A DNA stretch of 20,206 nucleotides, taken from contig NW_003314288.1 in assembly GCF_000143415.4 (NCBI RefSeq), forward strand, positions 1-20,206, in the 5' to 3' direction. The stretch comes from Selaginella moellendorffii. Lineage: Eukaryota; Plantae; Lycopodiophyta. Below are positions 9,430 to 18,203 of the stretch, piece by piece. Below the pieces are notes generated by a model. The model was not told the origin of the DNA. It did not search any database and saw only the letters and a program-made list of their open reading frames with translations. Both the position numbers and the translations under genes were made by a program. How positions within the stretch are numbered: position 1 is the stretch's first letter; every line of letters starts with the position of its first letter.

Positions 9430-10555
9430 ATGCCTGTAAGAAGCCCAGCATTTGCTCCTCGATCGTCCCAGCCATTGCCAAGGTCCACAAGCACTGGCCG
9501 AGTGGCTCCCATTCCATGAGCACGGCTCACAACTTGTTCTTCGATACTGCCAGGCACTCAAAACTTTAGAACATAAAAGCAAAAGAACGAATCCTACTAA
9601 AGGCTGATTGAAAGAACCTGCGTTTTATGAGAAAAGCATGGGTGACGAAACTTAAGTCCAGTCCAAGAGCAGAGCTGTTATCCATCAAAAGGACGACGCA
9701 TTCGGGGTTCTCTTGGAACGTTCTCAAGGATTTCATCTGATAGCATCCAGCTTCACAATAAGCAAACGTGAGAAAAACAAAGGCTTTCTACCTTGCTTGC
9801 TGTACATTCCTGCATGCTCTATCCCTCCTTTGGTGAGCTGCGAAGAACACGAAAGTAAGATCGTAAGCCAAACTCGCGACAGCTCTTTACCTGCAGTTCA
9901 ATTGCACTTATATGCTCCAAAAACTGGGAAAACACGATGGCCTTTTCAGGCAGTTTCCCGTTTTCCTGTTGCAGGCCTCTCAGCCTTTCAACAAGATAAG
10001 AGGCTTTACTGCTTGAAGTTGCTTGCCATTCAGAATGCCAGTCTTCCTGCACAACCAAAAACCGTGAGCCAGCTACCTTTGGGTGACCATTCGCTTACTT
10101 GGATATAGGATGGTTGTAGCTCGATAACTGGCCATTTCGGATTTGGATTCTCTGGACGAGCTTTCAGTGTCTGCATTTGGTACGGTTTTCCACATTCCGG
10201 TAAAATGCATCGTTCACAATCCAACGATACGCACGACAAGCACAAGAAGTGAAGACAAGGTGTTAAGATCGGAAGTCTACACCATTCTCCACACCTGCAA
10301 ACGAAGTAATGGAACCAGTTAAAAGGAAAAAGATAAAAATTTAGTACCTGAAGCAGTTTCCTCCAAGCAGATGGATATCTTGATTAGCATTCCGGACTTT
10401 GATGTGGCCCGCAACGCAGCAAGACAGCCGGACGTTTCTCAGCGTAGTGTTCTTGAGCTTCCACTGCTTCGGATTCAAGAGAGACTCGACGTGGTCGGGA
10501 TCATTCCAGTCTGCCATGAGAAGATTTCTCCGGACCGTCTCCACGAGCTCGTTAG
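9430..10555 (-). pseudogene. 3' fragment of an F-box/SNF2/RING/helicase-C gene (Arabidopsis At3g54460-like), intron-retaining, with many small deletions
   Basis: NELVETVRRNLLMADWNDPDHVESLLNPKQW; RING-like CFRCGEWCRLPILTPCLHFLCLSC; ARPENPNPKWPV; SSSKASYLVERL; KAIVFSQFLEH; ALGLDLSFVTH; EEQVVSRAHGMG; TIEEQML. GT-AG introns at 10347-10295, 10098-10047, 9890-9838 and beyond. Frameshifting deletions are present. Confidence 0.88.
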
Positions 10556-10704
10556 TTTACATATAGACTTTTATATTATACCTTTACGTACAAAAATTAT
10601 ATTTAAATAAATGAATCCGTACATTATTTTATCCACTGTATAAGATTCTTCTCTCTTATTCTTATTCAAGGTTATTCGCCCTAGCCCTAACTCGGAGGCG
10701 GCTC

Positions 10705-13700
10705 ATGGCCGATAGAGGTAAGAGGCAGCGGGAGGATTGGGGAGAGGATTCGGTAGAAGCCCGAAGGAGGAGACGGCAAGAAGAGAGCTGCAAGGCATTG
10801 GAGCTGCTGGAATCTGCACAAGAGAGGGTGCGATCGATGGAGATGAGCTATCGTGAATGCCCGGAGGACCTGTTCGATGATTTTGAAGGTTTCAATTCTG
10901 AGTGGAAGCAGAGGTATTTGGATCTGCTGCTTGAGAGTTGGGACAAGTTGTCGCCAGAGCAGCAAGAGAAACACAAAGGCATCGGCCCACGGTATGTACT
11001 TGAAATGGTGCTGCAACAAGTAGACAACAAGGCGCGGGAATCAAAAGTGAGAATGGTGTTGGAGAAGTACCCAGCGCTTCTTTTCGAATCTTGGGAGTGT
11101 ATCCACAACAAGCTGAAGGGCGAGGAATGGCTTGATGAAATCCGTAGAGCTTGCTGGTACAAGCTGACGCCGGAGGAGCAGCAGCAGTACAAGGACTTCC
11201 GTCCACAACATGGCATAAAGTTAACGACGGCAGCAAGTAAGTGCGTCAGTTTGCATGAATGTTTATGTTTGCTGCTGCTACAGGTCGAGCATTTGACATG
11301 GAGTATGAGGGCAGTGGAGTAGACTCGCTTTACGGCGCCCTGAACAAGATCAAAGAGGAGACTGATTTTTCACGTGTCGTTGGTCTCTTCCAGTCCAGCG
11401 GCTGGGGTAAGTCGAGGGTGGTTCGAGAGTTACATCGGAAACAGGTGTGGGTCATTTACTTGTCGCTGGGTTCTGGCTCCTGTTATCCTCAGCCTTCATA
11501 TTTTAGGAATGCTTTCCTCGGCCGTGTAAGGCAGGCACTGGGAAATGGAGATTACGCAGGCCATCTCGCATGCATGACCTACTGTCTGGCTTATTGGATC
11601 GCATGCATTGAGGAGCTGGGTGGAGGACTAGCGAAAGAGGAGCCGTGGACGCCGCAGGTGTTTTCAAACATGATGACGGTAGATGGTGGAAAGGGCTTTT
11701 GGCCGGGAGTGGAGAATCGGATCCAAAAACTTGAACAGGAACTTAAGTCTCTCCGGAAGATAAAGGCCAGTACTCAGATGGAACTATGGACGACATGGGA
11801 GACTAAAGCCACTGAAGTCTTCAACAGGTATATTCGTGAGGTCCCTGCTTTGGGAATTGGTACGGAGATGACAGGCCAACCGTTGAAGCTGCTGTTCGTC
11901 TTCGATGAAGCCCGGTCGCTGTTACCTTCCAAAGATGGACGGGAAGAAAACTTGTACATCCCACTTCAAAGATCTACACGAGTGTTAGGTGGAACATGTT
12001 TAACTCTGTTCATAGACACTACATCCAGGGTCGCCAGTTTCTTAGAACCCGAGTGGTGCGATCCTTCTACGTGGAGTCGGAATCGGTGTTTTCTTCCGTC
12101 TCCTTTGGTTGCCTTCTTTAAGGGAGATATCGGGGAAAACAGCACACGTCTGCCAGCTACGTCTACACAGGGGAATTGTTTTGAGGAGGTGGTTAGTAAC
12201 GAGTGGATGCTCAAGTATGGCCGACCGCTTTGGTGGTCTCTCTACCTGAGCAACCTCGCCAAGGATCCTGCTATGGATGCATCTGAATCCTGCCAGGATC
12301 CTCACCGATGGCTTGAGAGTGCTACAGATGCAGATAAAGCAGAGGCGTTTCAAACGGTATTTGGGATTGCGCAGTATAAGCTTACCTTGGTTACGACTAG
12401 AGATATCACTCGGTACAGCGAGCATGCGCGCATTGCCATGTTGGGAGTCAGATACGGGATTTTCATAGATCCATCGTCCAAACTTGTGGAGGATCTAATT
12501 GCGAGTCATATGCTGACTGCATTGTACGTAACAAGCTGCCGAGCGCAGTTGTTTGCTACGTGGGTGGCTGAGCCGCTTCTTTCTGAAGCTGCATTAGTGT
12601 GTATTCAACAGTTCAAGGAGACACCAGATGGCTACAGGCTTCTGTTTGAGCCTCTCCAAGCATTGTTGTCGGCGGGCATCGTAGACAAAGGTGAACAGGG
12701 GGAGCTACTTTTAAGGATCATACTCTTGGAGGCAGTAGACAAGGCACGGGAAATGACTGGAGAAAAACGATCTTGGTGTACAGTGGACGAGTTTTTCTCT
12801 CAACTGGTGAAAACGCCACTCAGCGAGCTGGCACAGCAGGAGAAGATGCCTCACCAGGAAAAGGTGCGAGCTGTTGCAGAAGGCAAGATAAGTATCAACT
12901 GCTTCCGTAGGATCTACAAAGACAAGACAGACTTGTCTGATCTCGTTGAGGCCTTTAAAAGGCGTTGTGGGATAGTATGCTACCGTGGTGCATGGGGTGT
13001 GGACATCTTAGTGCCCATTCATTTGGGAGATATGAAGGACAGGCTGAAGTTGAGCGCGCTCTTCATTCAGGCAAAAGATATGAAGAGATCGTCCGGGCTG
13101 ATTGCTCTCGCCAAAAACTCTCCACAGTTTTCAGGCCTCGGATGTTTGGACGAGTCACCATATCTGAGTTTATATATGGACCTCAATTCTGGTTCTGGGA
13201 ATGCGAACAAAGTGGATATGGTGGCACCGGAGCGCGTTTGGAAAGCAGTTAGTTCATCTAAGGAGGCTCAGAAGGCAGTGCAGCAGCTGGGGTCTAAGGT
13301 GCATGAAATTCGGAAGAGGCTAGAACGGGAGAATCAGGTTTGTGTAGGTACTTTTGTATCATCTCTTTTCTGATTCTTTCTGTATTGCAGGGTGGATGCC
13401 CAATGAGTAGGCGGAATGAAGGGGCAGCTCAGGAACAGGCTCTCTTGGCGTTGTGTGACTCTCATATTGTGGTGCAGTCTGAGAGAGAGTCGGGTTCTCA
13501 GTTGATAGCTGAACAAGAACAGGTTCTTGCAAATCGAGTAAATCCATCTTTTCTAATTATTTCTGTGTGGTGCAGTATGAAGGGAAGAATCCAGCTCAAC
13601 AAGAACAGGTTTTTTTGGTGGTTGTATAATCTTTTTCTTACTTTGTTTTGTGGTGCAGTCTCAGGGAGGGAAGGAAGTAGTGATTCAGCATTGGAAAGAA

Positions 13701-13955
13701 TGGATGACAGCAGACATAAAAAATCAGATCATAGTCAAAACCAGGGGGTTGGACTGCTTGTCGTTGGATGCTGACTTTCTGAAGATCTTAGAGGATATAA
13801 AGAATGTTCAGGTGCGGCCACAAAAGATCGTTAAGATCATTGCAGAAGATGGCACCATGAGGCACCAGGCCATTAAGCAGGTTTGGGAAGTGCAGGACCC
13901 ATTGCTGCAGGACATGTTTGGGATCTTGAACATTAATGACTTAACTCTAAAGTGA
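10705..13955 (+). CDS. Crinkler (CR)-type P-loop NTPase plus PD-(D/E)xK restriction-endonuclease-fold protein. Predicted exons 10705-11236, 11284-13337, 13391-13438, 13478-13522, 13576-13608, 13659-13955 (~1002 aa)
   Basis: A phase-1 47-nt intron (GTAAGT...CTACAG) joins ORF 10705 to ORF 11259 in frame, and later phase-0 introns lead to ORF 13650-13955. Motifs: AF..Y.G; Walker A QSSGWGKSR (11391-11417); Walker B LLFVFDEAR (11889-11915); DTTS, DPS, YGRPLW, LIASHM, EPLLSEAA; GEQGE...GVDILVP...FIQAK nuclease core. The spliced model has no stops or frameshifts. Confidence 0.8.
13391..13658 (+). repeat. Three tandem micro-exon plus intron units
   Basis: Each exon ends CA(G/A)GAACAG (..QEQ) and each following intron ends TGTGGTGCAG (13477, 13575, 13658). 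Confidence 0.75.
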
Positions 13956-14699
13956 CTGGAAAAGTCACTGTAATTGTCTTGTTGCAGTTTTCCCAGACAC
14001 AGAAGAGTACTGTTCATTACAAATCTACTGGAATACTTCCACACAACGAAAGGCACTTGTTGATCATACCCTTGCTTGCTGCACATCCATGGAATAGTTT
14101 GCTGAAATTTGAGAGTGTGGTTTCAGAGCTTTTTTTGGATATTGGATCCGGATGAGATTGTCACGCTTAATGCATCTATAGCAGTTCTACATCCCACCAT
14201 ACAAGCTCTTCCTTGATGAACATCATAGAAACCTTCTGCAGCAATGTGTTCTCTTGTGTCCTCGTGCCAAGAACAACACTGGCATTCATTTGCTTGTTGT
14301 GGCATGAGCTTTGGCATCCTTAACTCTCATGTAGGCATATTCCAAAGATTGAGATGATTTTGATGAGTGCTAATGACAAGCTAATGAATACCTCATACAT
14401 TACAAGCATTACAAGTGATGTTGGTGGTGTTCATAACTAACATACAGGTGTATTTGCATACATTAAACTCTTTAGCTTTTTCTTATGAAGCTTAGTTTGT
14501 TGAGCGTTGAAGTGGCTACTGGGTAGCGCCACAAACATCACCCAATTACTGCTCTGTCCCCCTAAGCTTGGGATACAGTTGTAAACTCAGAGGGATCTTC
14601 CATGACTGGAATTCTACTTGGTGTGGTGATTGTCAGAAAGCCACTTCCACTACACTCTGGTTTAATAACAAAACCTCAAATACACGTCGCCTGCGAGAC

Positions 14700-15200
14700 T
14701 AATCTCTCGATCAACAAGAGTGGCAGACGCCGATTCGCTGCTTTGCCCCGCGCAGTACACAGTAATCACACACCTACTGATCGATGCTGCAGGGATCTGG
14801 AATTCAACGAGTCGTGATTTCAAGGACCCAGTACGGCAATCACCCCACTTGTACTGATCGATGCTCCTCAGCGGCGCAGTGGGAAGCATCTCTATCTCGG
14901 GCGAGCACAGGATCATTGCCCACACCAAGGTATGCAACACGGTGCATGTATGGCCGCTGCGACGATCTCACCAAAGCTTGCTCCTGGAACAGCATGATCA
15001 CTGCATATGCCCGAAATGGGCATCTGGAGGAGGCCGAGAAGATCTTTGATTCCATGCCCGTGGCAATGTTGTGTCCTGGACTACCGGGAACTTGCAGCAT
15101 GGCAAATCCTCCCAAGCATTGCAATTCTTCCGGAGGATGATTCTAGTCAAACCGAGGTGACCCTCCTCGTGATCTTGGACACATGCTTGAGCTTTTTGCC
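14700..15200 (+). pseudogene. PLS-class pentatricopeptide repeat (PPR) gene relic
   Basis: MYGRC...SWNSMITAYARNGHLEEAEKIFDSMP, and further on VTLLVILDTC, in shifting frames. Fragmentary; boundaries approximate. Confidence 0.75.
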
Positions 15201-16671
15201 ATGGCTACTTCCAGGACAACAGCGCGCTGGTCAATGCCAGCTCCTTGACATTTGGAATGGGAGCACAATGATGTGTTTGGCCATTGCAAGAGGAAAGTTT
15301 TGTTTTTCTCTGTGGTTTATATTTGGAGCTGCCACTTGGATCATTTAGATGATCTGGCCATTTTCTCTTGGGTGGGATCGCATGTTTGGTGTAGCAAAAC
15401 ATCAATAATGGTGAAATTATTAAACTTTAGTATGTTTAAATTTTAAATTTTTAAATTTTAAATATAGAAACCTTAAGATTTATTTAAAAAGTGTTATGTT
15501 AATAAAAATTTGGAAAATATTACGTTAAAAACATTAATATGAATATTGTTGACATTTTTAAATATAACATTTCACTTTAAGTTATAATGAGTTTGAAAAA
15601 ATAATAAAAGCGAAGTTAATAGCTAATTTTTTTCTTTTGTTCAAAATCTCTATATAATTAGATAGAAAATTTTCATTCTACTCCACAATCTCCTTTTTAA
15701 AAGAAAGTGCAACTTTTAAGTACATTAAAATATGAAAATATGATGATGTTGAAAAAAAATACATGCCACACCTCTAGAAGCTCGTGTACACAATCATCTT
15801 TGACTTGTGAGATCACATAGTCAGAACAAATGCACCAGAAAAGGTGATAAGAGCTTACATTTATGAGACAAATAGATCATGTGGACAATATAGTACCAGT
15901 TGAAAGGTTCTTGATAGAACTTCTTGATCAAAGATCATCCTCAACACCCTTCTTTTCGGATTTTTAGTCACCTCACAGAGCTAGTAATTGTCTAGAGCAG
16001 CATTTTTATCAATCCCAGGGTAGTCTCCAACACTCACTAACTTCTCCTATATCGCATGGTCAATTTCTTGGTGCACTTCAACACGACAAAGGGTATTTTC
16101 CACTTTAACGTAGGCAATGGAACATCATTTTCTGCTACTTAAATCAGTGTCAAAGTGTTCTTGCCAGTGGATGGATGGCCTCACTCACCTTAATCTAGTG
16201 TATGACAACAAACTGGATGATCTCATTCTAGCTAAGCTACCTTCATTGTAGTCCATGGAATTACACATGCAATCAATCACAATACCTTCTGATGGGCAAT
16301 AGAGCTCAAGAAAGGCTTGCATTGCTAATGGAGTTCTGGCCAGCTGATCGCAACTGTGAAGCATATGGGCACACATCAAGAAGATTTAAGCCACAAATCT
16401 GCCGATGAATGTCTATCACACAAAAATGAATTCAAACATACTACTACTATTTGTGAGACACAAATCCCTAAGCCCCAAAAAAGAGTGCTATGTGGTAGTG
16501 GCCAAAATGAAAACCAAATGAGCATAACGTGTTTGGATTAAAAGCTTCAACTTGAAAAGTCGAGGCGGGAGTGGAACTCCCAATGAAGTGCTCCAGGAAT
16601 GAGCACAAAATGAGCAACAAGTGAGTCTCAAGAAAGGGACAAGAGGACCAACACATGACACGTGGAGGTGT

Positions 16672-17051
16672 CTAAGATGAAGTCCAAGATGGACTTGAGA
16701 TGGAGTCTGAGATGGACCTGAAATGGAGTCTAAGATGGAGTCCAAGATGGACCCGAGATAGAGTCCAAAATGGGCCCAAGATGGAGTCTGAAATGGACCC
16801 GAGATGGAGTTCGAGATGGACCCGAGACGGAGTTCGAGATGGACCTGAGACGGAGTCCGAGATGGACCCGAGAGGGAGTCCGAGATGGACCCGAGAGGAA
16901 GTCCGAGATGGACCCGAGACGGAGTCCGAGATGGACCCGAGAGGGAGTCCGAGATGGACCCGAGACGGAGTCTGAGATGGACTCGAGACGGAGTCTGAGA
17001 TGGACCCGAGACGGAGTCTGTGATGGACCCAAGATGGAGTCCGAAATGGAA
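16672..17051. repeat. 23-bp minisatellite (GAGATGGACCC + GAGACGGAGTCC), about 16 copies
   Basis: The unit is read directly. It is built from related 11- and 12-nt sub-repeats and gives a 23-aa periodicity in the overlapping spurious ORFs. Confidence 0.92.
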
Positions 17052-17175
17052 CCAAGAACAAGACCGAGACTGAGACCGAGACCAAAACTAAGACTGAGAC
17101 AGAGACGAAGACCGAGATCGAGACAGAGTCCAAGTCCGACATCGAGACCAAGACCAAGTCCGAGACCAAGTCCGA
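17052..17175. repeat. Degenerate 6-bp tandem repeat (GAGACC/AAGACC/AAGTCC-like)
   Basis: Continuous hexamer periodicity directly after the 23-mer array. Confidence 0.8.
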
Positions 17176-17222
17176 ATAGGAATACAGGCTGTTGGGCAAA
17201 AGCCCAAAGCAATCGTCCCCCA

Positions 17223-17242
17223 GGGGGGGGGGGGGGGGGGGG
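17223..17242 (+). repeat. Poly-G tract (G20), G-quadruplex-capable
   Basis: 20 consecutive G, followed by more G-runs up to ~17283. Confidence 0.9.
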
Positions 17243-17651
17243 CTGCAAGGGGTTCCAAAAGTATAGTAGGGAGAGGGTGGGGGTTGGACCCTAGTGGAGC
17301 CAGTTTGGCCCAGGAAGGCCATACCCAGCTGTTGGGTGATGGGATAACCACTAGGAACTCTAAAGCTAGAGTGAATACGGACCAACAAGCGGGGTAGCTT
17401 AGTGAAGTGTTCAAGAGTCGGCTCTAGTTCCCCCGGGAGATTGAATGGTCGATGCTCCTAGTCCAAGCGTGGGTGGCACTACCTACTTCGATACCTAACA
17501 TGGCTCAATGAAACCTCGCTCTAAGCCCATGGCTAGAGCACCCAAAGGCAGAAGGCAGGGAGAGTACCCATGAGGCTCGCGTAAGGCACAGTGTTCTGAA
17601 ATGTCATCCCAAAGTCCCAAACTATGGAAAGGAAGAGGAGTGGTCCTCTGG

Positions 17652-18190
17652 TGTAATGACTAAAAATATGGTCATGTGATGAGGAAGTCCTAGAAGATAG
17701 TGGGACTTAGTGGTCGGGCCTGTGGGTCTTGTCCCAGTGGCAGTGTTAGTGAACACAGCCATGGAAAAAAAAGGGACTTAGTGGGGACTGTAAAAGGGAT
17801 ATTGAGGAAGGCTGTTCCCCATATCTACGGGCATCTTAAGGATGCTAAGGAGTGGATCTAGGATGATCACTCATTGATGGATGGCCTAGTTTTTGAGAGA
17901 CGGGACTACGATATAGGTGGTGTTGGACCACTGGTGTGACTAAGGTGAATGGGCATGGCCTTAGTATAACAGGCTGATATGTCAATAGTACCTTGGGGAT
18001 GTCAATTATGAGATCAGACACGTGGAGCATTTGGGCCAAGTGCGAAGGTTGAGTGGCATGGATGCCATTCTCGGGGATAGCAAACCCCAAGTCTGGAATA
18101 AGACTTATGGAGGTTGTGAGTGAGACTCCTCCAAGTGGTCAGAGATGTGGTGAAATGACTAAAGTAGAATGAAAAAATTAGTCACTTACA
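17652..18190 (+). repeat. Putative 5' LTR (~539 bp) of a second LTR retrotransposon
   Basis: Starts TGTAATGACTAA and ends TTAGTCACTTACA (imperfect terminal inverted repeat, TG..CA). A PBS follows after 3 nt. Confidence 0.65.
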
Positions 18191-18193
18191 ATT

Positions 18194-18203
18194 TGGTATC
18201 AGA
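18194..18203 (+). promoter_or_regulatory. Primer-binding site for initiator tRNA-Met
   Basis: TGGTATCAGA(AC) versus the consensus TGGTATCAGAGC, immediately after a CA LTR end. Confidence 0.75.

Noticed and set aside
14512-14532. GC-rich hairpin downstream of the CR gene as a Helitron 3' end
   Set aside because: The stem is imperfect and there is no CTRR at the expected distance.
16185-16379. AFLELYCPSEGIVIDCMC, faintly like a DNA methyltransferase SAM-binding approach motif
   Set aside because: Too short, and lacks the following F.G.G motif.
16672-17051. CRISPR-like array
   Set aside because: Units are head-to-tail with no unique spacers, there are no cas genes, and the context is eukaryotic.
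16672-17414. Several long overlapping ORFs (up to 238 aa) on both strands
   Set aside because: They are by-products of the stop-poor 23-bp and 6-bp tandem repeats, with no domain signal.
17626-17640. Purine tract before the second LTR as a PPT (shared-LTR tandem element)
   Set aside because: It lies 11 nt from the TG and no pol remnants are recognisable upstream.
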